Assembly: GCA_963763775.1 (NCBI GenBank)
Contig: CAVXPZ010000003.1
Location: 256,001-320,000 of the forward strand
Reading direction: 5' to 3'
Length of the DNA: 64,000 nucleotides
Origin: an uncultured Chloroflexia bacterium
GTDB taxonomy: Bacteria; Chloroflexota; Limnocylindria; Limnocylindrales; CSP1-4
Part shown: positions 1 through 9,615 of the stretch, in pieces
Layout of the letters: each line of letters begins with the position of its first letter
Position numbering within the stretch: the stretch's first letter is position 1
Notes under the pieces: generated by a model
What the model saw: the letters and a program-made list of their open reading frames with translations, nothing else
Databases searched by the model: none
What the model was told of the DNA's origin: nothing
Made by a program: the position numbers and the translations under genes

Positions 1-231
1 CCGCTGACGCGGCTGGGCGGCGCCGTGGTCCGCTCGAGGATCCTTCGGCAGCGCGTGATCCCATTCCTGGCCCAGATCACCAAGGACGACCTGATGCTCC
101 TGGGCGAGATGGCGGCGTCCGGGAGGATCACACCGGTCATCGACCGCACCTACCCGCTGGCCGAGGCCGCGGACGCCATGCGGCGGCTCGAGAGCGGCAA
201 GGCCCGAGGCAAGGTCGTCATCACGATGTGA
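1..231 (+). CDS. NAD(P)-dependent oxidoreductase, zinc-type alcohol dehydrogenase/quinone reductase family (3' end, partial)
   Basis: C-terminus 'GRITPVIDRTYPLAEAADAMRRLESGKARGKVVITM' is typical of the ADH_zinc_N_2 family; the frame is open to the window edge. Confidence 0.85.
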   Translation, partial: PLTRLGGAVVRSRILRQRVIPFLAQITKDDLMLLGEMAASGRITPVIDRTYPLAEAADAMRRLESGKARGKVVITM

Positions 232-1038
232 GCGGGCGGGAACCAGCGAGACCACCGCCAGCGGTGGTACATACCTCGATGGCGCACGAATGCCGGCATC
301 ATCGTGCGCGCCGTAGGCCGAGGCCGCGATGACGGACGTGCCGCCGCGGCGTCTCTTCGTCCGGATCCCAGCAGGGGACGACTCACCGGGGTTCGGCGAG
401 CGGTGATCGTGATCCCGTTCTCGACACGGCGAGCCACCATGGTCCGCATCGTCGCGGACCACGGCTCGGTGGCATCGGTCCCGAAGTCGTCCGTCTGGCG
501 GCCAGCTGGCCGTTCTACGGGAGCTGACCGCGGTCCTGGGACCTGCCGGCGTCGGGATCGAGGATCGTTCGATTTCCGCCGTGATCGACGGTATGCGACC
601 AGACGTCGGCGTCGCTGACGCTTCGAGTCATCCTGGCGGCGGCCGGCTCCGCTCGACACGGCATTTCGACGTCCTGCGGCCGCGACGGCCGGCCGGACCT
701 GATGCCCGCTTCGTCGCCTCGCGCCGGGTCCCGGCCGCGCGACCGCTGGCCCGGTCGCCGGCAGGATCGCCGGGCACGGCGGCCGGACCGGTGTCCGGCG
801 GGATCGGCGCCACGGGGGGACGCCGACGGATCGCAAGCCGCAGAGACGTCAGCGACAGGCCGGTGCGTTCACCCTGGACCTGCCGCCGGGGACTAGTCGG
901 TCCAGGCGAGTCCGGTCGAGGGCCTGATGGGATCGCCTTCCGCCGCGACGGTGGCAAGTCTCGCCGGCGCGATGACGGCGATCGACCTGGTCTACGACAC
1001 CGGCATCCGCTGACTCGGCCCGGCGCTACGATGCGCGC

Positions 1039-1855
1039 ATGAAGCTCGCCGTCGCGCTCGTCCAGCTCGATGCGAGCGGTGACGTCGACGCCAACATCGC
1101 GCGGGCGGCCGAGCTCGCCGACGAGGCGGCCGCCGGTGGCGGCGCGGCTGGTCGCCCTGCCCGAGTACCTCCAGTACCGCGGCCCCGACGACGGCTACCG
1201 GGCCTCCGCCCGGCCGATCCCCGGCGAGCACACCCAGGCGTTCGCGGCCGTGGCCAGGCGACGCGGGGCGTGGATCCTGGTGGGCAGCCTCGCCGAGACG
1301 TCCGGCGATCCGGCCCGGCCGTACAACACGAGCGTGCTCATCGGCCCGGACGGGGAGATCGCGGCGACCTATCGCAAGATCCACCTCTTCGACGTCGCGG
1401 TGGATGCCGGGCCGGTCGACACGGAGTCCGCCCGAGTCAGTCCAGGCAGCGACGTCGTCGTGGCGTCGGTCGACGGCGTCGGGGTTGGCCTCACCATCTG
1501 CTACGACCTGCGCTTCCCGGAGCTGTATCGCGCCCTCGCCCTCGCCGGCGCCGAGGTCCTGACCGTGCCCGCGAACTTCACCGAGCGGACCGGCCGAGAC
1601 CACTGGGAGGTCCTGCTCCGCGCCCGCGCGATCGAGAACGGGGCGTACGTGCTCGCCCCGTCGCAGATCAACGGTCCGCCCGGCCAGCCGGCCTTCGGAC
1701 GGGCGATGGTCATCGACCCATGGGGGACGGTGGTGGCGCAGGCGGCCGACACGGTCGCGATCGTGCGTGCCGAGTTGGACCTCGACCGCGTGGCGGCCGT
1801 CCGCCGGCAGATCCCCGTCCTCGCGAACCGTCGCCCGGACGCGTACCCCGCCTGA
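1039..1855 (+). CDS. Carbon-nitrogen hydrolase (Nit1-like), one apparent frameshift near 1138
   Basis: N-terminus 'MKLAVALVQLDASGD' in one frame, then LVALPEY, YRKIHLFD and ICYDLRFPE (E-K-C triad) in ORF 1070..1855; TACGAT lies 6 nt before the ATG. Confidence 0.9.
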
Positions 1856-1910
1856 CCGCGTCGCGCCACAGGCGCCAGGACGCTCCCGAGCGCTGATCGC
1901 CCCGGAATCG

Positions 1911-1942
1911 AAGGACCCGGCCCCCGAAGGGACCGGGTCCTT
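1911..1942. terminator. Intrinsic terminator-like hairpin between convergent genes
   Basis: aaggacccgg-ccccc-gaa-ggga-ccgggtcctt, with a perfect 10-bp outer stem. Confidence 0.7.
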
Positions 1943-1989
1943 ACCTGTTTCCGTGGATCGCCGGCCGAGCCGGCGATCGTGGTCCCGGA

Positions 1990-2469
1990 CTAGCGCTTGC
2001 TGCGGGCCGGGGTAAGGACGACAGCGGCGAGGCCGATGACGCCGAGGACGATGAGCACGAGCGGCAGGGTGCCGTCCGGTCCGCTCGTCCCGTTCGACGA
2101 CAGCGCGTCGGTCGGCGGGAGGGTCGGCGCGGAGGTCAGGCCTTCGACTTCACCGGTCGGCGGCACCGTGGTCTCCGAGGTCGGCTCGCTCGTGGGCTCG
2201 CTGGTCGGCTCGCTCGTGGGCTCGCTGGTCGGCTCGTCGTGGGCTCGCGTCGTGGGCTCGGACGTCGGCTCCTTGGTCGGCTCCCACGTGGGCTCGCTGG
2301 TCGGCTCGGTCGGCTCCGACGTCGGGCACTGGCCCTGCTCGTTGTTCTCCGGGTTGCAGATGTCCGGCTTGGTATCCGTCCGAACGCTCGGATGGGCGGA
2401 CACGGCCGTGACCATGCCCAGGGCGAGGACAGCGGCACTCACCAACGCCGCCAACCTGCGAAGTTTCAT
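1990..2469 (-). CDS. Secreted/surface protein with PTSE repeats and an LPPTD + TM + basic tail sorting-like signal
   Basis: Signal peptide MKLRRLAALVSAAVLALGMVTAVSA, (EPTS)n repeats, 'LPPTD', hydrophobic segment, ends 'RSKR'; purine-rich RBS before ATG 2469. Confidence 0.8.
   Translation of the reverse strand: MKLRRLAALVSAAVLALGMVTAVSAHPSVRTDTKPDICNPENNEQGQCPTSEPTEPTSEPTWEPTKEPTSEPTTRAHDEPTSEPTSEPTSEPTSEPTSETTVPPTGEVEGLTSAPTLPPTDALSSNGTSGPDGTLPLVLIVLGVIGLAAVVLTPARSKR
2170..2325 (-). repeat. 12-bp coding tandem repeats (EPTS)
   Basis: Repeated ggctcgct(c/g)gt units within the CDS. Confidence 0.85.
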
Positions 2470-2725
2470 CGTTCGATCTCCCCGATCCTCTACGCGATGC
2501 TGGGTTGGATGAAGGGCGGGTTCGCAGTGACCCATCCACTGCGGCCCGAAGATGACGTGCTGAGCATGCGGCCGGTACTAGGCTCTTGTCTAGTACGGAC
2601 GTGCTACGAGCCACGTCACGGGACCGCCCCGGACTCCACCAGACCACCGGAGCCGACCCCACCTGACGGTGCGAGCGTGCACCGACCGTCATGGGTACCT
2701 TCGGCCGCGGGGCCGGGCGGCTACC

Positions 2726-4447
2726 ATGGCGGCCGTGAGCGAGCCACCGAGCCAAGCCGCCGTCCCGCCGACCATCCGGTCGGCCGTCGGGAGCGCCATC
2801 GAGCGGGCCTGGACGCGCGCCGTCGAGGCCGCCGCGCTGCCGGCGCTCGCCGACGACGCGGTCGTGCCGCCGATCGAGGTGGAACGGCCGGCGGACCCCA
2901 GCCACGGCGACCTGGCGACGAACCTCGCGATGAAGCTCGCGCGGCCGTACCGGATGGCGCCGCTGGCGATCGCGACCGCGCTCGCCGACGAGCTCACGCG
3001 TGAGGCGACGACGGCGCCCGCCGGGACGCCGATCGCGTCCGCCGAGGTCGCCGCGCCGGGATTCCTGAACCTGCGCCTCGCCGATGGCGCGCTCGAGGCA
3101 CTGGTCGACGCGGTCCTCGCGACGCCCGAGCGACTGGGGCCGGGTCGCGACGCCGTCAGGACGCGCCGTCAACGTGGAGTTCGTCTCGGCCAACCCGACC
3201 GGCCCGCTGCACATCGGGAACGCGCGAGGCGCGTTCGTCGGCGATCTGCTGTGCCGCGTGCTCGAAGCCGGCGGCCAGCGCGTGACGCGCGAGTACTACT
3301 TCAACGACTCGGGCGGCCAGATCCGCAACCTCGGGGCGTCGGTGGTGGCGCTGCATCGCGGTGAGCCGGTGCCCGAGGACGGCTACAAGGGCGACTACGT
3401 GCATGAGATCGCGGCGGCCCTCCCCGATGACACGTGGGCCGAGGCCACCGCGGACGGCGCCGACACCGTCGGGATCGTCGGCCACTGGGCCGCCCGGCGG
3501 GTCCGGGCCGGGATCCAGGCGAGCCTCGAGGCGCTCGGCGTCCATTTCGACGTCTGGACGAGTGAGGCACGCCTGCACGACGAGGGCTGGGTCGACCGAG
3601 CGGTGGAGCGGTTGCGCGAGCGCGGCCACGTCTTCGAGCAGGACGGCGCGGTCTGGTTCCGGTCCACCGACTTCGGCGACGACAAGGACCGCGTCATCTT
3701 CCGGTCGACCGGCGAGCCGACATACTTCGCCGCCGATATCGGCTACGTCACCGAGAAGTTCAGCCGCGGGTTCGACCACCTCATCTACATCTGGGGCGCC
3801 GACCACCACGGGACGGTGGCGCGCGTCCGGAACGCGGCGTCCGCGATGGGCTACGACCAGGACGCGGTCGAGATGAAGCTCTACTCGTGGGTGCGGTTCG
3901 TCCGCGACGGGCAGGAAGTCTCGATGTCGAAGCGCGCCGGCGAGTTCATCACGCTCGACGACCTGCTGACCGAGGTCGGGGTGGATGCCGCGCGCTGGTT
4001 CTTCGCGTCACGCTCCTCGACCACCGGGATCGACTTCGACATCGAGCTGGCGAAGAAGCAGTCGAACGAGAACCCGGTCTACTACGTGCAGTACGCGCAC
4101 GCGCGGATCGCGTCGATCCTGCGCAAGGCCACCGATACCGGGCTCGCGCCGGCCGGGATCGGTGGCCGGGTCGCTGGCCGGGGGTCCCGAGGGGGCCCTT
4201 GCGCGGGCGATCGTCCGGCTTCCCGGAGGTGGTCGAGGACGCGGTCAGCGGCGAGGAGACCCAGGGCATCACCGCGTACGCGACCGAGCTCGCCACGACG
4301 TTCCACGCCTTCTATCGGGATGCGCGCGTCGTCGATCCGGACGAGCCCGCGCGATCCGCGGCCCGCCTCGCGCTGGCCCGCGCGACCCAGGTCACCCTGG
4401 CCAACGCCCTGGCCCTGCTCGGGATCTCCGCCCCCGACTCGATGTAG
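2726..4447 (+). CDS. argS: Arginine--tRNA ligase (apparent frameshifts near 3140 and 4160-4215)
   Basis: HGDLATN, VEFVSANPTGPLHIGNARG, WGADHHG, SMSKRAG, NPVYYVQYAHAR and LGISAPDSM spread over three frames. Confidence 0.97.
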
Positions 4448-4512
4448 GGCGGGTCGGTACCGGCCGCGTCGCGGCGCCGGCCGGCCCGGGGCTGCGGCCG
4501 CCCGCGGCCGAC

Positions 4513-5847
4513 CTAGCCCGCGAGGCCGAGGACGCCGGCGACCTTCGAGAGCGTCTTGTCGTCCGACCCGACCACGACCCAGCGGGTCGTACCGCCAGTG
4601 CCGGGAACGACCTGCGCCACGCCGCCTGCGGTCTTCAGCGCGTCGGTTGCCGCGGCCTCGAACGCGGCCGCATCGGCCTTGGTGTCCCAGACCGTGTGCA
4701 TCGCGAGGGCCCATGCGCCGTCGGGGCCGTTGATGACCGCGAGGCGGTCACCGCCCCAGCCGGCCGCGGCATCGGCCGCATCGGCGGACGGGACGCCGTT
4801 GAGCTTGAGCCACTCGCCCATCTGGAACTCACCGAACGTGTCCTCGAGCGGGACACTCCACCCGGCGCCGAGATCCTTGGCGAGTGTGGCGGGGAGTTTG
4901 ACCGGGATCGGCTGCTCGTCGGCGGCGTACTTGTCGGCGTGCATGACCTGCTCGGTCGACGTCGGCATCCGGTCGTAGAGCTTGTTCACGCCGTCCCAGC
5001 CGCCGGCCATCTGGGCCTGCTGGACGAACAGCGCACCCGTCGAATACGGGAAGAGGAGCGAGTCGCTCAGGACCTTGGGCATCTTGTCGAGGGCCGCCTG
5101 CTGCTCCGGGTCGACCGTGGAGATCGTCGCGAGTTCCTGGGGCGTGAAGTGCTGGAGCGCCCAGAGCGTCATCAGGAGCGTCGCGTCGCCTTCGAAGATC
5201 GACGTCCGCGCCGTCGTTCGGTCGCTCTGATCGAGCACCCCCTTGAACTGGTCGAAGACCGGGAAGTGCTGATCCTGCAGGGCGTGCGTGTACTCGTGGG
5301 CGTACGTGATCTTCTCGTTCGGGCCGATCTCGCCCGAGCGTGAGACCACGTACATCTTCTTCTCCTCGTCGTCGTAGAAGCCTGCGACGCCGGCCGGGCC
5401 GCTGAGGAGCTCGAGCGAGAGGGCCTTGAGGTCGGCGTCCTGCGGCAGCAGGCCGAGCGCCTTGTACAGGCGCTCGTTCGCGGCGACGTATTCGGGCTTG
5501 TTGTCCTTGTCGTACTGCGCGGTGAGCTTCGCCTTGAGCTGGTCGACGTCGATGGTTTCGCGCGCGACCTTCTTGGTCGCGTCGAGGCCGCGGATCTCGA
5601 TGACCTGGGCTTCGATCGCGTCGTAGATGGCGTTGGCGTCCTGGCTCGCGACCGGCGACGCGGCTGCCGATGCGGACGGGGCCGCGCTCTCAGAGGGCGC
5701 GGCGCTCGGGGACGGGGCCGTGGTGGAGGGGGCCGCGGAGGGACCGCTGCTCGGCGCGGGGCTCGTCGTCGAGGCGCCGCACGCGGCCACGATCAGCAGG
5801 ACGGCGAGGAGCGGCGCCGGGAACCGGCGCGTTCGGTGGTCGATCAT
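4513..5847 (-). CDS. Lipoprotein, putative zinc metallopeptidase (HExxH)
   Basis: Lipobox VAAC, S/A/P linker, AGFY, HEYTHALQDQ, EGDA, FPY. Confidence 0.8.
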   Translation of the reverse strand: MIDHRTRRFPAPLLAVLLIVAACGASTTSPAPSSGPSAAPSTTAPSPSAAPSESAAPSASAAASPVASQDANAIYDAIEAQVIEIRGLDATKKVARETIDVDQLKAKLTAQYDKDNKPEYVAANERLYKALGLLPQDADLKALSLELLSGPAGVAGFYDDEEKKMYVVSRSGEIGPNEKITYAHEYTHALQDQHFPVFDQFKGVLDQSDRTTARTSIFEGDATLLMTLWALQHFTPQELATISTVDPEQQAALDKMPKVLSDSLLFPYSTGALFVQQAQMAGGWDGVNKLYDRMPTSTEQVMHADKYAADEQPIPVKLPATLAKDLGAGWSVPLEDTFGEFQMGEWLKLNGVPSADAADAAAGWGGDRLAVINGPDGAWALAMHTVWDTKADAAAFEAAATDALKTAGGVAQVVPGTGGTTRWVVVGSDDKTLSKVAGVLGLAG

Positions 5848-6024
5848 CGGCGGATTGTGGCACGGGTTCCCGGATCGGCCCCTCGGACGATGGTCATGGC
5901 CCGCGACCTGGCACGACCTTGGCCCGCGACGTGGCCCGAACCGGCTCGCGACGCCGCCCGCGACGTGTCGCTTTCTTAATCGGTTGGCGACTCGATGCTG
6001 AATCAGGGCGCCGTAGCGTAGTCG

Positions 6025-6100
6025 GTGGACGAACCCAAAAGGTTCTTTCCTCCCTCCCTCCGACCGGAGGCGCCGATTGGGCAGGCGCCTCCGGTCTTTC
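6025..6100 (+). ncRNA. Candidate small RNA: short hairpin, CU-rich tract, terminator
   Basis: TAGCGT -10-like at 6014-6019; hairpin gaacc-caaaa-ggttc at 6031-6045; tttcctccctccctcc at 6046-6061; 13-bp stem 6062-6074/6084-6096 followed by ttt. Confidence 0.5.
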
Positions 6101-6149
6101 CATGTCCGGGCGTGAGTCGCCGTGCAGGTCGCTGTGTCAGAATCAGGGC

Positions 6150-6830
6150 ATGGAAGTCACCTGGTACGGACGGACCTGCGTCCGCCTTCGCGGTCGCGAC
6201 GCGGTCGTCGTGAACGACCCCTATCAGTCGGTCGTCGGCCCCACCGGCCGAGGCATCACCGGCGATCTCGTCACCTTCAGCCACCCCGACGACACGAAGC
6301 TCCCCAAGGCGAAGGGCAAGCTGTCCCGCGACGGGCTGACCCACCTCCCATCGAGCCTCGACGAGGCCTTCGTCCTCGACGGCCCGGGCGAGTACGAGGT
6401 CAAGGACGTGCTCGTCACCGGCGTACGCACCTATCGCGACGACTCCCGGGGCGCGGAGGGCGGCAAGCAGACGGCGTTCGTCGTCGAGCTGGACGGGATG
6501 CACACGATCCACCTCGGCGACATCGGCCACCTGCTGACCGAGGAGAAGCTCGGGGACATCGGCACGGTCGACATCGCGTGCGTCCCGCTCGGCGGCACGC
6601 TCAGCGCCACGAAGGCCGCGGCGCTCATCGCCCAGCTCGACCCACGGATCGTCGTCCCGATGCCGCTCTGCGAGGACGACGCGGACTGCGCCGAGGCGCT
6701 CGCGAAGTTCTTCCACGAGATGGGCGCCGAGCCCGTGACCCAGGCGAAGCTGTCGGTGTCGATCTCGACGCTCCCCGCGGAGACGACCACGGTCCTGCTC
6801 GAATCGCGCGGGAAGCAGGCGACGCCCTAG
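6150..6830 (+). CDS. MBL-fold protein (Lactamase_B_3-like) with degenerate metal ligands
   Basis: MEVTWYGRTCVRL, VVNDPY, LDGPGEYEVKDV, HLGDIGH. Confidence 0.85.
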   Translation: MEVTWYGRTCVRLRGRDAVVVNDPYQSVVGPTGRGITGDLVTFSHPDDTKLPKAKGKLSRDGLTHLPSSLDEAFVLDGPGEYEVKDVLVTGVRTYRDDSRGAEGGKQTAFVVELDGMHTIHLGDIGHLLTEEKLGDIGTVDIACVPLGGTLSATKAAALIAQLDPRIVVPMPLCEDDADCAEALAKFFHEMGAEPVTQAKLSVSISTLPAETTTVLLESRGKQATP

Positions 6831-6884
6831 CGGGTCCGGGCCGACGGCCTTCCCGCCTCAGCGGGCAGGCGGCACGCGGGCCGC

Positions 6885-7118
6885 GTTGTCTGCCAGGCAA
6901 CGAATGCACGGCGTAGGACCACCGGCCATCCCGCTGGGGACTCCTCGCGCGCTTGGAGGTGCCCGCCAGGCAACGAATGAGCCCGAACGCGGCATGATCG
7001 GGGTCATTCGGCCGGCTCGGCCGGCAGATGTTGCCTGTCAGGCAACGAGCGAGTCCGAGCGCGGCCGGATCGGGGTCGAGGCGCCGGTTCGATCGGTGAA
7101 TGCTGCCTGCCGGGCAAT
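6885..7118. repeat. Four ~72-bp tandem units, each with the 17-bp palindrome GTTGCCTG-N-CAGGCAAC
   Basis: Copies at 6885-6901, 6958-6974, 7030-7046 (perfect) and 7102-7118. Confidence 0.8.
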
Positions 7119-7200
7119 CGGAGCGGGCGGGGCTGGGCGGGGCGGGCGGCAGCGGGCCGGCCGGCGGAGCTTGCGGCGCGCGCCCGGCCGACGTCCGACG

Positions 7201-8568
7201 TTACCGGTCGAGGACGACCCGTCCGCGCTTGATCACGGTCCGTACGAGGTCGGCGGCGGGCCAGTAGGGGATCTGCGCGGTGGTGGGCACGCGCCAGATC
7301 ACGATGTCCGCGGCCTTGCCCGGCTCCAGCGATCCGATCTCGTCCTCGAGGAGCAACGCGCGCGCCGCATTGATCGTCACCGCGCTCAACACCTCGTCCG
7401 GGCTCATCCGCAGTCCGACGCAGGCCGCCGTCATCGCCAGCGGCAGGCTCGCCGTCGGCGAGGTCCCCGGGTTGAAGTCCGTGCCGATCGCCACGGGGAC
7501 GCCCTGCTCGATGAGGGTCCGCGCCGGCGCGTGGTGATCCTTCATCAGGAACCAGGTCGTGTGCGGCAGGAGCGTCGCCACGACGGGCCGATCGCCGGTG
7601 GCCGCCGCCGCGAGGGCCGCGATCCCGGCCGGTGACGGCGTCGCGAGATGGTCGGCCGAGGCCGCCCCGATCTCCGCGGCCAGTTCCGCGCCGCCCGACG
7701 GTGCCAGCTCGTCCGCGTGCAGCCGCGGGGCCATGCCGTAGGCCTCGGCCGCCGCGAGGACCCGCCGCGACTGGTCCGCGGTGAAGACCCCCTCCTCGCA
7801 GAAGACGTCGCAGAACCGCGCCCGGCCGTGCGCGGCGATCCCGGGCAGCTGGTCGTCGATGACGGACCGGACGTAGGCCTCGGTGCCCTCGGGCCGGCTG
7901 CGGTAGTCGAGCGGGACCGCGTGCGCGCCGAGGAACGTGGGCACGACGTCGATCGGCCCCTCGCGGCCGAGCCGGTGGGCCGCCTCGATCAGCCGGATCT
8001 CGGTCTCGAGGTCCAGCCCGTAGCCGGACTTCGCCTCGATGGTCGTCACGCCATGGCCGAGCATCTCGTCGAGCCACCGGCGGCCGTGCTCCAGCAGCTC
8101 GTCCGACGAGGCCGCCCGCGTCGCCGCGACCGTCGAGAGGATGCCGCCCCCGGCCGCGAGGATCTCGAGGTAGCTCGCCCCCTGCTGCCGAAGCACGAGC
8201 TCGCCCTCGCGCGAGCCGCCGAACAGGAGATGCGTGTGCGGGTCGACGAGACCCGGCGTGACCGAGCCGCCACGGGCGTCGATCCGGGCGAACCGCCCGA
8301 GCGGCAGGCCTTCGGCCTCGATGGCGGCCTCCACCGCCCGCCGCGGCCCCACGGCCGCGATCCGGCCCTCCCAGCACGCGACGACCGGCGCCTCGGGGGC
8401 ATCGGGGCCGCCGGCGTCCGCGGCGAGCAGCCGTCCGACATCGCCCTGGGCCGGCCCCATCCGCACCCCGCCGGCCAGCGTCGCGATCTCCGCGGCCCCG
8501 ACGATCAGGACGCCGGGCGCGGCCTCGTCGACCCGGCCACCCTCGATGACCCGGAACGGCCCGCTCAT
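7201..8568 (-). CDS. hutI: Imidazolonepropionase
   Basis: PGLVDPHTH, GGGILSTV, EAKSGYGL, FLGAH, DVFCE, LHADEL, GTDFNPG. Confidence 0.96.
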   Translation of the reverse strand: MSGPFRVIEGGRVDEAAPGVLIVGAAEIATLAGGVRMGPAQGDVGRLLAADAGGPDAPEAPVVACWEGRIAAVGPRRAVEAAIEAEGLPLGRFARIDARGGSVTPGLVDPHTHLLFGGSREGELVLRQQGASYLEILAAGGGILSTVAATRAASSDELLEHGRRWLDEMLGHGVTTIEAKSGYGLDLETEIRLIEAAHRLGREGPIDVVPTFLGAHAVPLDYRSRPEGTEAYVRSVIDDQLPGIAAHGRARFCDVFCEEGVFTADQSRRVLAAAEAYGMAPRLHADELAPSGGAELAAEIGAASADHLATPSPAGIAALAAAATGDRPVVATLLPHTTWFLMKDHHAPARTLIEQGVPVAIGTDFNPGTSPTASLPLAMTAACVGLRMSPDEVLSAVTINAARALLLEDEIGSLEPGKAADIVIWRVPTTAQIPYWPAADLVRTVIKRGRVVLDR

Positions 8569-8584
8569 GCGCGGGTCCGCACGG

Positions 8585-9551
8585 TCACCCGACCCGCCCG
8601 GACCGCGCGGCCTCGAGACGCAGCTCCAGCGCCTGGAGCGGGGAGAAGTCACGCAGACGGAGGAACGCCGCCGCGGCCGCGAGGCGCGACTCGATGGGGT
8701 CCTCGCGCGGAGCGCCCGCGTGGTCGGCGACCGCGAGGAACGAGGCCAGCGGCGCGAGCCCGATGAGCTCGGACTCGGCGAGCTCGACGCCGTCCTCGGC
8801 GGCCACCTCGCGGACGGTCTCCCAGACGACCCACAGCGGCGTCGTCTCGAAATCGAGCAGGTTCATCGAGACCTGGGCACGGCGGAGCTCCTCGATCCAG
8901 AAACCGTTCGCCTGGACCCTGGGCAGCCCGCCGCCGGATTCGCGGATCCGGCGGGCGATCCGCTTGGCCAGCTCGACATCCTCGGACGCCAGGTTGATGT
9001 TGTAGGCGATCAGGAACGGCCTGGCCCCGACGGCCACCGCGCCGGCCGACGGGTGCATCCGGGACGGGCCGAAGTCCGGCTCGCGGCCACTTCTGGTCGA
9101 TCTCCGCCTTGAGGCCCTCGTACTGGCCGCGGCGGACGTCGGCCAGCTTGACCCGGTCGGGGCGCGTCGCCGCGTTCGCGTACAGGAAGACCGGGAGGTC
9201 GAAGCGGGTCGCGATCCGCTCGCCGAACGCCCGGGCCATGGCGATGCAGTCGTCCATCTCGGTGGCGCCGAGCGGCACGAAGGGGATGACGTCCACCGCC
9301 CCGATCCGCGGGTGCTCGCCGGTATGCACGTCCATGTCGATCTCGTGGATCGCCGCCGCGACCAGGCGCTCGAGCGCCTCACGGACCGGCCCGTCCTCGC
9401 CGGCGATCGTGAATACCGAGCGGTTGTGGCTCGGGTCGCTCGTCCGGTCGAGCAGGTGGACCTCCGGCACCGAGGTCACCGCGTCCGCCAGGCGGTCGAC
9501 GACGTCGAGCCGCCGGCCCTCGGACACGTTCGGCACCGATTCGATGAGCAC
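8585..9551 (-). CDS. ftcd: Glutamate formimidoyltransferase (FTCD N-terminal half), apparent frameshift near 9090
   Basis: IESVPNVSEGR, DPSHNRSV, HPRIGAVDVIPFVPL, PDFGP, GARPFLIAYNINL, QVSMNL. Confidence 0.93.
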
Positions 9552-9615
9552 CTGACGATGCTACGTCGCGCGCCGGCCCCCGGAGCGACCGCCACGCGCG
9601 GCTAGACTGCGCCGC

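Noticed and set aside
232-1020. ORFs in the 0.8-kb gap before the nitrilase
   Set aside because: All frames give R/P/A-rich translations with no recognisable motifs or clear start signals; left unassigned
6885-7118. CRISPR array
   Set aside because: Repeats are only 17 bp and degenerate, spacers are ~55 bp and resemble each other, and there are no cas genes
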